From NCBI GenBank assembly GCA_041390065.1, contig JAWKQQ010000024.1, forward strand, positions 5,901-69,900: a DNA stretch of 64,000 nt. The letters are read 5' to 3'. Below the pieces are notes generated by a model. The model was not told where the DNA came from. It saw only the letters and a list, made by a program, of their open reading frames with translations, and did no database searches. Each line of letters starts with the position of its first letter. Within the stretch, counting starts at the first letter, position 1. The DNA comes from Candidatus Krumholzibacteriia bacterium (GTDB lineage Bacteria > Krumholzibacteriota > Krumholzibacteriia > LZORAL124-64-63). A program made the translations under genes and the position numbers. Shown here piece by piece: positions 37,344 to 45,353 of this stretch.

Positions 37344-39454
37344 GATGTTCCGTTCAGCAGGCTGCGACCGTGCATGTGGCCGGGCACGGGCACGCCGCAG
37401 AGCTCGAGGATGGTGGGCGCCAGATCGGCCAGCCAGGGCGCCTCGCCGCTCAGGGGGCGGTTGCTGAAGAGCACGCCCGGCACCTGCCGCGGGTCCATGC
37501 AGTGGTCGGCCGACCAGGGCTTGCTGTTGTCGCGGAACACCGAGCCGATGGTGCCGCCGACGGCCATGTCCCAGTCGGCGCGCCAGCCGGGGTTGTACCC
37601 CACGATCACGTCCGGCGCCTCGACCCGGTAAGGACCACGGTAGCAGTCGGCGCTGGCCCAGACCTCGCGGATCGCCTCGCCGCCGGCGGGGTCGGCGAGC
37701 CCCCGCAGCCGCGCCATGATCTCGTCGCGCACCGCGTGCGCGTCGCCGGCCGGAACCATCCCGTGCCGCTCGCGGCCCGCCACGTTGATGTAGAAACCGG
37801 CCAGCCCGTTGGCGTAGGCGCGGGTCCGCGTCCAGTCGATGCGGGTCGCGGGCACGGCCTCGCCGTCGAGGCTGGGCAAGGGGCCGGTGTCGGGGTCGCC
37901 GATGAGCCGCAGGTACCCGTGCTCGCGGAACCATGCGTTCAGGTTCACCGCCCGGCGGAAGGGCTTGAAGCCGTGGTCGCTCATCACGATCAGCGTGTCG
38001 TCATGCCCCAGGCGAGCCAGCGTGCGGCCCACCAGCTCGTCGGCGCGGCGGTAGAGGTCGGCGATCACGTGCCGGTGGCGCGCGACGTCCGCCCCCGCGT
38101 TGGCCGGATGGCCGTCCTCGCGGAATCGGAGGAAGGTGTGCTGCAGGCGGTCGGTGGCGTCGAACACGCACACGACCACGCCGGTGCGCTGACGGTCGAG
38201 CGCGTGCAGCCACATGCGTTCGCGCTCGGCGTGGATGTCCCAGACCTGCTCGAGGAAGGCGTCCTCGTCGAGCACGTGCTCGTTGAGCGCCCAGGTGTCC
38301 TCCGCGAGGCCGAGGGTGGCGAAGGGGCCGTGCACGCGGCCGAGCATCATCGCATAATGCGGCGGCTGGCTGATGGGCATGGCCGGCCGGGCGGGATCCA
38401 GGTGCAGCGGGGTCACGTACAGCGCGAACGGCTCCCAGCTGACCACGCGCAACCGCGCCAGGCCGTGTGCGGTGCCGCGGCCCACCTCGAAGGGCAGCTC
38501 GAGCCACGGGGAGTACTCGCGGTCGCCGAGCGTCACCCGCTCGCGGCCCACGCGCACCTCGGCCCGCCGGGCAACCGGATCCACCGTGCAGATCACCGGC
38601 AGCTCCACCGGTCCGCCGCCCCCCGGGTGATCGGGACCGGGCAGGTGGCCGGTCCAGCCGCCCTCGCCGTCGGGCGACAGGGTGCGACGCTCGCCGCCGG
38701 TGAGTCCGCCGGTCCGGTAGCCGGGGGCGGCCAGCACCGTGAACGTGCCCTGGGTGCCGCGCAGATCGGGCAGGCACATGGCGGAGAGGAGCCGGCCGCG
38801 GAACTTCTCGGGCGGAAACGTCAGCGGCACCCGCAGGATCGTGGCCTCCACGCCGTGATCGCCGAGGATGGACCAGAAGCTGCGGCTGTGCCGGCGCAGC
38901 TGCATGTGGGCCGCCGCGTGTCCGAGCCTGAAGGGGCCGAGCCGGCGCTCGCGGCCGGGCACCAGCCGGGTGCTCGACAGCTCGGGCAAGTGGGTGGCCG
39001 GATCGCGGCGCAGGAAGTCGAAGATGCCGTGGCCGCCGGGGTCGACGCCGGTGGCGAACGTGCTCCAGGCCACCGGCGAGACGGCCGGCAGGGTGGTGCC
39101 GAGGTCGTGGAAGCAGCCCGTGTCGGCCAGCGTCTGCAGGTTGGGCAGCAGGCCGGCGGCCATGAACTCGCGCGCCAGCATGGGGTCGAGGCCATCGAGG
39201 CCGAGCACCACGACGCGGCGGCTCCGTCGCCGGCGACGGACGTGGCGGTGGCGGATGGCATGGGTCACGCGCCGGAACGGCCAGGTCAGCACGCCCAGGA
39301 TCGCAAGCAGGATGCCCGCCAGGGCGAACAGCAACGAGCCGCCCAGGGCGAAGCCTGCGCCGGGGCCGATGTAGGCCAGGGCGGGGGAAGCCAGGAGCAG
39401 GGCCGTCACGAGCAGGACGCTGCGGCTGGGAGCTGTGGCACGACGTTGGCGCAT
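37340..39454 (-). CDS. Alkaline-phosphatase-superfamily protein with an N-terminal membrane anchor
   Basis: The N-terminus is ...ALAYIGPGAGFALGGSLLFALAGILLAILGV (TM). Motifs are VVVLGLDGLDP, SPVAWSTFATGVDPGGHGIFDF, IVMSDHGF and WSADHC. The stop overlaps the start of the paralog (ATGA). Confidence 0.75.
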   Translation of the reverse strand: MRQRRATAPSRSVLLVTALLLASPALAYIGPGAGFALGGSLLFALAGILLAILGVLTWPFRRVTHAIRHRHVRRRRRSRRVVVLGLDGLDPMLAREFMAAGLLPNLQTLADTGCFHDLGTTLPAVSPVAWSTFATGVDPGGHGIFDFLRRDPATHLPELSSTRLVPGRERRLGPFRLGHAAAHMQLRRHSRSFWSILGDHGVEATILRVPLTFPPEKFRGRLLSAMCLPDLRGTQGTFTVLAAPGYRTGGLTGGERRTLSPDGEGGWTGHLPGPDHPGGGGPVELPVICTVDPVARRAEVRVGRERVTLGDREYSPWLELPFEVGRGTAHGLARLRVVSWEPFALYVTPLHLDPARPAMPISQPPHYAMMLGRVHGPFATLGLAEDTWALNEHVLDEDAFLEQVWDIHAERERMWLHALDRQRTGVVVCVFDATDRLQHTFLRFREDGHPANAGADVARHRHVIADLYRRADELVGRTLARLGHDDTLIVMSDHGFKPFRRAVNLNAWFREHGYLRLIGDPDTGPLPSLDGEAVPATRIDWTRTRAYANGLAGFYINVAGRERHGMVPAGDAHAVRDEIMARLRGLADPAGGEAIREVWASADCYRGPYRVEAPDVIVGYNPGWRADWDMAVGGTIGSVFRDNSKPWSADHCMDPRQVPGVLFSNRPLSGEAPWLADLAPTILELCGVPVPGHMHGRSLLNGTS

Positions 39455-39740
39455 GGGTACCGTCAGACGACCAGGGAACGGGGTGAGTGAATGTTCCTCG
39501 TCGTCATGGTCGGTAGCCTCGGCGGCCTCCGCAAGGGGAAATGACGCCCGCGGGGAAGGCCTACCGGTTCAGTCGGAGCCGTCGGGCCGGCAGCCAGGGA
39601 ATCCGCGGCGGCGCCGGCCCGGACCGGAAGACCTTCAGCGGGCGACCGGTCACGGCTGCTCCGGTGGTCGCCGACGGGGCTCCGCGAACCGGAGATCACG
39701 CCACGGAAACTCTCGATCCTGGATACCGACACGTGCGGCG

Positions 39741-40718
39741 TCACGCCCCGAGGTGCCGGCGCGGGACCAGATGGTTGACCACGTAGTCGCGCACCGCGTC
39801 GGCGATCGGCGTGATCGGCACGTCGCAGCCGGCGCCCCGCAGCTTGGCCATGTCCGCCTCGGTGAAGTACTGGTACTTGCCCCGCAGTTGCTCCGGCATG
39901 GCGACGTACTCGATCTGCGGCTCACGCTCGAGGGCGGCGAAGATGGCCCCCATGAGCGTGTTCCAGTCGTGGGCGTGGCCGGTGCCGACGTTGAAGATGC
40001 CGTTGGCCGCCGGGTGGTCGAACAGCCAGAGGGTCATCGCCGCGGCATCCTTGACGTAGACGAAGTCGCGCCGCTGTCCGCCGTCCGCGTACTCCGGCCG
40101 GTCGCTCCGGAACAGGCGCACCAGTCCGTGATCGCGGACCTGTTCGTACCCCTTGCAGACCATCGACCGCATGCCGCCCTTGTGCCACTCATTGGGGCCG
40201 TAGACATTGAAGTACTTGAGGCAGCAGATCTCCTCCAGCAAACCCTCGGATCGCGCCCATAAGTCGAACTCGTGCTTCGACTTGCCATAGAGGTTGAGCG
40301 GGCGCAGCGCGTCCAGTCCGGCGTGGTCGTCGCGGTAGCCGGCCGACCCGTCGCCGTAGGTGGCGGCGCTCGACGCATGCACGAACCGGGCGCCGTTGCG
40401 GCGGGCTGCGAGGCAGAGGTCCCGGGTGTATCGGATGTTGTTGCGCTCGAGGTACGACCAGTCGGTCTCCGTGGTCGACGAGCAGGCCCCCATGTGCAGG
40501 ATGCCCCGCAGCCGGCCGTCGTACTTGCCGGCCAGGAGGTCGGTGCGGAAATCCTCGTGGTTCTCGTAGCCGTGGTCGTAGCGCAGGGGGGCGAGGTTGG
40601 GCTCGCCCGCATCCGACGGGTGGACGTCGACGGTGAGGATGCCGGTCTCGCCGCGCTGGTTCAGCAGCCAGACGAGCACCGAGCCGATGAAGCCGGCCGC
40701 GCCGGTGACGACGATCAT
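39741..40718 (-). CDS. hldD: ADP-L-glycero-D-manno-heptose 6-epimerase
   Basis: The sequence MIVVTGAAGFIGS...HMGACSSTTE...YGKSKHEFD...LKYFNVYGPNEWHKG is the SDR Rossmann fold plus the YxxxK and HldD-specific NVYGP.E.HKG motifs. Confidence 0.9.
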   Translation of the reverse strand: MIVVTGAAGFIGSVLVWLLNQRGETGILTVDVHPSDAGEPNLAPLRYDHGYENHEDFRTDLLAGKYDGRLRGILHMGACSSTTETDWSYLERNNIRYTRDLCLAARRNGARFVHASSAATYGDGSAGYRDDHAGLDALRPLNLYGKSKHEFDLWARSEGLLEEICCLKYFNVYGPNEWHKGGMRSMVCKGYEQVRDHGLVRLFRSDRPEYADGGQRRDFVYVKDAAAMTLWLFDHPAANGIFNVGTGHAHDWNTLMGAIFAALEREPQIEYVAMPEQLRGKYQYFTEADMAKLRGAGCDVPITPIADAVRDYVVNHLVPRRHLGA

Positions 40719-41965
40719 GGCGACTGCGCCTCCTCGAGCACGATCTCGCCGGCGAACGGGTGGCCCTCGCGCTCGGCGGTGAAGACCATGCGGTCGCCCA
40801 CCATGGCTTCATAGACCAGGCGGGTGACGGTGTCGCGGCTGTCGAGGGCGACGCCGTTGATGGTGCGCACCACGTCGTAGGTCCGCAGGCCCGCCCGCCA
40901 GGCCGGCGAATCCTCGATCACGTCGCGCACCACGAAGCCCACCGGATCGGTGATGTCCAGGTACTGCATGATCTCGCGGGTGAGCGGGTAGAGCACGACG
41001 CCCCAGTTGGCCTCGCGATAGTGGCCGAACTCCCGCACCTCCTCCAGCACCCAGCGGACCCGGTTGCTGGGCACCGCGAAGCCGATGCCGATCGAACCGC
41101 CCGACTCCGAGAAGATGAACGTGTTGATGCCGACGACCTGGCCGTCGGCGTCGACGAGCGGCCCGCCCGAGTTGCCGGGGTTGATGGCGGCGTCGGTCTG
41201 GATCATGCCGAGATAGGTGCGGTCGTTGGGCCGCTGCCGCACGATGTCGCGGTCGAGGGCCGAGATCACGCCCACGGTCACCGTCGGCCGCGTGTCGGCC
41301 AGCAGCTGCCCGAACGGCGAACCGATGGCGATGGCCCACTCGCCGATCTGCAGCTTGTCGCTGTCGGCCAGTTCGGCCACCGGCAGGCCCTGCTCCTCGA
41401 TCTTCAAGAGGGCGAGGTCGAAACGGTCGACCACGTCGACCACCGTGGCCGGGTAATCGGCGCCGTCGGTCGTGGTCACCAGCACCCGGATGGGCTTGAC
41501 GCCCACCACGTGCGCGTTGGTGATGATGTAGCCCTCCTGGCTGACGATCACGCCCGACCCGTAGCTCTGCTGCTCCTGCACCCGCGGTCGGAGCGACCCG
41601 CGTCCGGGCGCGAAGAAGTCGAAGAACCCGGCCCGGGGGTCGCGGACGGCGACCCGGCTGGTGACCGTGACCGTGACCACCGCCGGCGCCACCTTCTCGG
41701 TGGCCAGGACGATCGCGTTGCGGCGGTCGCCGGCGAGGCTGCGGTCGCTGCTCGCCGTCGCCGACGCGGACGGTTGCACGGGCGCCGACTCGGCGGTGTC
41801 GGCCGCGGACTCGGCCAGCAGCGCGTCGATGGCGCGCTGGCGCTCGGCCGCGAGGTCGTCACTGCGGCCACGCTCCCGCGCGAGCAGCAGCACGACCCCC
41901 AGCAGGGCGCCCGCGAGCAGGCCGATCACCACGGCGCTCCAGGTGGACAGGCGGCGGTCCGGCAT
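40715..41965 (-). CDS. HtrA/DegS-like S1C serine protease with one PDZ domain, N-terminal TM anchor
   Basis: Motifs are TNAHVV (His), DLALLKI (Asp) and AINPGNSGGPLVD (Ser). The PDZ segment is GFVVRDVIEDSPAWRAGLRTYDVV. Confidence 0.85.
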   Translation of the reverse strand: MPDRRLSTWSAVVIGLLAGALLGVVLLLARERGRSDDLAAERQRAIDALLAESAADTAESAPVQPSASATASSDRSLAGDRRNAIVLATEKVAPAVVTVTVTSRVAVRDPRAGFFDFFAPGRGSLRPRVQEQQSYGSGVIVSQEGYIITNAHVVGVKPIRVLVTTTDGADYPATVVDVVDRFDLALLKIEEQGLPVAELADSDKLQIGEWAIAIGSPFGQLLADTRPTVTVGVISALDRDIVRQRPNDRTYLGMIQTDAAINPGNSGGPLVDADGQVVGINTFIFSESGGSIGIGFAVPSNRVRWVLEEVREFGHYREANWGVVLYPLTREIMQYLDITDPVGFVVRDVIEDSPAWRAGLRTYDVVRTINGVALDSRDTVTRLVYEAMVGDRMVFTAEREGHPFAGEIVLEEAQSP

Positions 41966-41971
41966 GGCTGT

Positions 41972-42622
41972 CTACTTCCCCTGCAGCTTGCCCCAGTCGG
42001 CCAGGAAGCCGGCCAGGCCCTTGTCGGTGAGCGGATGCTGCACCAGCTTCTTGATCACCTCGGGCGGGATGGTGGCCACGTCGGCGCCGATGAGCGCGCT
42101 CTGCACCACGTGCAGCGGATGGCGCACGCTGGCCACCAGCACCTCGGTATCGAGGTCGTAGTTGGCGTAGATGGTGACGATCTGCTCGATGAGCTCCATG
42201 CCGTCCTCGCTGATGTCGTCGAGGCGGCCGACGAACGGCGAGCAGTAGGCCGCGCCCGCCTTGGCCACCAGCAGCGCCTGCGAGGCGGAGAACACGAGCG
42301 TGGCGTTGACGGCGTGGCCCTGGCCGCTGAGCGCGGCGATGGCCTTGAGACCCTCGTACGTGGTCGGGATCTTCACGACCAGGTGCTCGGAGATCCGGGC
42401 CAGGCGTTCGCCCTCCTCGATCATGCCCTTGGCGTCGGTGGCCACGACCTCGCCCGAGACCGGCCCCTGCACCAGGTCGCAGATCTCCTTGAGCAGCTGG
42501 TCGGTGTCCTTGCGCCCGGCCTTGGCCATGAGCGACGGGTTGGTGGTGACGCCGTCGCACATGCCCATGGCCTTGATCTCGGCGATGGCCGCGAGATCAG
42601 CCGTGTCGATGAAGAACTTCAT
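41972..42622 (-). CDS. tal: Transaldolase / fructose-6-phosphate aldolase (type 3B, ~216 aa)
   Basis: Motifs are [16 protein letters not shown]...GVTTNPSL..., VVKIPTT (Schiff-base Lys context) and NATLVFS...SPFVGRLDD. Confidence 0.9.
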   Translation of the reverse strand: MKFFIDTADLAAIAEIKAMGMCDGVTTNPSLMAKAGRKDTDQLLKEICDLVQGPVSGEVVATDAKGMIEEGERLARISEHLVVKIPTTYEGLKAIAALSGQGHAVNATLVFSASQALLVAKAGAAYCSPFVGRLDDISEDGMELIEQIVTIYANYDLDTEVLVASVRHPLHVVQSALIGADVATIPPEVIKKLVQHPLTDKGLAGFLADWGKLQGK

Positions 42623-43460
42623 GCCTCGTCTCCTTCTGCGTTCGGGGCCCCGTCGGCCGCGGGCCGCGGGGAAAAGTCGGCGGGCAGGAAACCGGGATCG
42701 AGCAGCTCGTCCGGATATCCCACCTCGGCCAGGAAGAGTCCGTGGGCCGGCGCCATCATGCCCGCCGCGGCCCGCTCGCGGGCGGCCAGGATGGCGTCCA
42801 CGTCGTCGGGTCGGCGGGCGCCGCGCCCCACCTCCACGAGCAGGCCCACCAGGTTGCGCACCATGTGGTGCAGGAACCGGTCGGCCCGGATCCGGAGGAT
42901 ACACCCCTCGGCGGTCCATTCAAGCGCGCAGAGGTCCACGCGGCAGGTGTTGTCGTCCTTCAGGAGCCGGCCTTGCAGAAGCTCGCGAAGTCGTGCGCGC
43001 CCAGCAGCCGGCCGCAGGCCGCCTCCATGGCGGTGCGGTCCAGCGCCCACGTCACCACGAATGCGTGCGGGTCGAAAATGTTCCGGGTCCAGCGCATCCG
43101 ATAATGATAGCGCCGCCAGCGGGCCGACAGCCGCGCGTTGAAGGCCGGCGACACCTCCCGCACCTGCAGGACCTGGATGTCGGCCGGCATCAGCTTGGCC
43201 GCCGCGCCGAGCACCCGCTGCACCTCGCGTCCGTCGGCGAGCTCGACGTGGGCCACCTGGCCGAGGGCGTGCACGCCCGCATCGGTGCGGCCCGCGCCGA
43301 CCGGCTGGCACGGCCGCTGGAGCAGGCGCGTGAGCGCGGCCGTGAGCTCGCCCTGCACCGTACGCAGACCGGGCTGGATCTGCCATCCGTGGAACCCGCT
43401 CCCCACGTACGCGAGGTCGAGGCGGACGCGTGGCGGGGCCGGCGGCTGCGGACCGGTCAT
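42619..43460 (-). pseudogene. truA: tRNA pseudouridine(38-40) synthase TruA, frame broken once near 42965
   Basis: The N-terminal part is in track ORF 42960..43802, from MTGPQPPAPPRVRLDLAYVGSGFHGWQIQ...GAGRTDAGVHA (catalytic Asp)...HDFASFCKAGS*. The C-terminal part is in track ORF 42619..43386 (LLKDDNTCRV...[15 protein letters not shown]). The join needs a 1-nt correction. Confidence 0.8.
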
Positions 43461-44209
43461 CGGCGGACCCACACGAGCGCGGCCAGCCAGGCGGCCAGCG
43501 GCACGAACTGGTACCAGGGCGGTCCCGGGATCCGCGTCGCGTCGGCCGGCACGCGATGGGCCAAGGCCAGCGGCAGGGTCTCGGCGCGGCGCATGAGGCC
43601 GTCCATCAGCGGGGGGACCGCACGCACGTGGTCGGTGAACGCCTGCCAGGGACGCCGCGCGCCGGCCCGTCGGCGCAAACGCAGGCAGGCCACGAGGCGG
43701 TCGGCCTCGGCCAGGGTCCGCGGCGCGGTGCCCAGGGCGACGGCCACCGTCAGTCCGAGGTGGCGCGTGTCGACCCCGAACCGGCGCAGCGGGCCGAGCC
43801 ACCAGCCGAACGCCGTGGTGAGGTCACGCAGGGAGAGGAACCGGCCGGCGAGCGCCACGGTCGCGAGCACGAGCGCGAGGCGTCCGAGGGTGATCGTGCC
43901 GCGCGCGAGGCCCGTCAACGAGGGATGCCAGAGCGGAGCGACATCGGTGGCCGAGACGGTGTGCGCGGCCAGCACGACCGCGGCGAGCAGGCTCCAGGGC
44001 GCCAGGAGGGCAGGCAGCGCGCGCCAGCGCAGGCCGGCGCGGGCCAGCCCGACCGCCACCGCCAGCGCCGGCAGCGGCAGCCAGCGCGCCCGCGCCGCCA
44101 TGCACGTGATCACCAGGAGCAGCACGCCCATCACGACGACCGCCGGATGCGCCGTGAACGGCAGCGTCGCGGAGCCATTCCGCCAGGCGCGGCCCGCCGC
44201 GGGGATCAT
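43457..44209 (-). CDS. EcfT/CbiQ-like transmembrane component of an energy-coupling-factor transporter
   Basis: The start MIPAAG overlaps the asd stop (ATGA), and the stop overlaps the truA start. The protein has multiple TM helices, and the pattern ...LGPLRRFGVDTRHLGLTVAVALGTAPRTLAEADRLV...PLMDGLMRRAETLPLALAHR resembles the CbiQ/EcfT coupling-helix region. No EcfA or EcfS genes are nearby. Confidence 0.55.
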   Translation of the reverse strand: MIPAAGRAWRNGSATLPFTAHPAVVVMGVLLLVITCMAARARWLPLPALAVAVGLARAGLRWRALPALLAPWSLLAAVVLAAHTVSATDVAPLWHPSLTGLARGTITLGRLALVLATVALAGRFLSLRDLTTAFGWWLGPLRRFGVDTRHLGLTVAVALGTAPRTLAEADRLVACLRLRRRAGARRPWQAFTDHVRAVPPLMDGLMRRAETLPLALAHRVPADATRIPGPPWYQFVPLAAWLAALVWVRR

Positions 44210-45222
44210 CGGGCCTCCGCCCCGGCGAGGCGGGCGGCGATCTGCACCGCGTTCCAGGCCGCCCCCTTCAGGAGGTTGTCCGCCACCACCCAGAACAGCA
44301 GGACATCGCGGCGGCCGGGCTCGTGGCGCACGCGCCCCACGTGGACGGCGGTGTCGCCGCTCACCTCGGCGGGGGTGGCGTAGTCGCCCGGACCGTCGGC
44401 GCACACCACGCCCGGGAACGCCCCGAGCGCCCGCACCGCCTCGTCGCGATCCGTGTCGCGGCCGAGCACCACGCGGACGGCGGCGGCGTGGCCGTTCCAC
44501 ACCGGCACCCGGACGGCGGTGCAGGTGACCGGAAGCTCCGGCGTCGAGAGGATCTTGCGCAGCTCCACGCGCACCTTGTCCTCTTCCTCGTAGAACCCGC
44601 CCTCGGCCAGGGGGCCGATCGCAGGGATCACGTTGGCGGCGATGCGTCGGGGGAACGTCTCGCCCGGCCGTCCGGCGCCCGGCTGCTCGCCCCCGGCGAG
44701 ATCGACGGCCTGGGCAACGAGTTCGTCCCGACCGGCCTGGCCCGCGCCGCTGACCGCCTGCAGGGTGGTCACGTGCACCTCGCGGAGGCCGGCCAGCCGG
44801 GCGAGCGCCGCGCACGGCACCGCGATCTGGATGGTCGAGCAGTTGGGGTTGGCGATGATGCCGCCACCCGTGCGGGCCGCGACCAGGTGGCCATTGATCT
44901 CGGGCACCACCAGGGCGATGTCGGGCTCACGCCGCCAGGCTGACGAGTTGTCGACGACCCAGGCGCCGTGGCGCACGAACTCGGGCGCCCAGCGCCGGCT
45001 CGCCGACCCGCCGGCCGAGCAGAGGGCCAGCTGGACCGGGTCGAGCGCGGTCGCGGCCACGTCGACGCAGGTGAGCTCGTCACCCCGGAAGCCGAGCCGC
45101 GTGCCGGCCGACCGGGCGCTCACCAGCAACAGGGGCGGCTGTTCGACCCACGTCTGCCGGTCGAGCAGCCCGAGCATGATGCGGCCGACGAGGCCGCTGG
45201 CGCCGAGGATCGCGGTGCGCAT
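44206..45222 (-). CDS. asd: Aspartate-semialdehyde dehydrogenase
   Basis: Motifs are MRTAILGASGLVG, IIANPNCSTIQ (catalytic Cys), LQAVSGAG, and a C-terminal VADNLLKGAAWNAVQIAE-like block. Confidence 0.95.
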   Translation of the reverse strand: MRTAILGASGLVGRIMLGLLDRQTWVEQPPLLLVSARSAGTRLGFRGDELTCVDVAATALDPVQLALCSAGGSASRRWAPEFVRHGAWVVDNSSAWRREPDIALVVPEINGHLVAARTGGGIIANPNCSTIQIAVPCAALARLAGLREVHVTTLQAVSGAGQAGRDELVAQAVDLAGGEQPGAGRPGETFPRRIAANVIPAIGPLAEGGFYEEEDKVRVELRKILSTPELPVTCTAVRVPVWNGHAAAVRVVLGRDTDRDEAVRALGAFPGVVCADGPGDYATPAEVSGDTAVHVGRVRHEPGRRDVLLFWVVADNLLKGAAWNAVQIAARLAGAEAR

Positions 45223-45353
45223 GGAGTCCGGGTCCTTTCACGCGAGGTCGCGGTATGGTAGCAGCGGGCCGCGGCCAGGTCAAAAGCCCGCGCGTGGACG
45301 CCGAAGGTCCGTGGTGCTAGGCTCGTCGCCAACCCCGGTCCCGAGGAGGCTCC

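Noticed and set aside
33065-39454. The AlkP-family cluster as a PglZ/BREX-type defence locus.
   Set aside because: All three proteins carry signal peptides, a lipobox or a membrane anchor, so they are extracytoplasmic. No methyltransferase, BrxC/PglY ATPase, Lon-like or other BREX/DISARM components are present.
39455-39740. A 287-bp GC-rich gap between hldD and the AlkP operon. I checked it by eye for cobalamin riboswitch (GCCACGG versus the B12 box GCCACUG, AGGGAAUCC) and SRP RNA (CCGGAAG) resemblance.
   Set aside because: Only isolated short matches are present. The core GGUG.GAAUCC / CCCGC.ACUGU elements of the cobalamin riboswitch are missing, and so is the SRP AGGUCCGGAAGGAAGCAGCC motif. 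A covariance-model scan would be needed before any claim.
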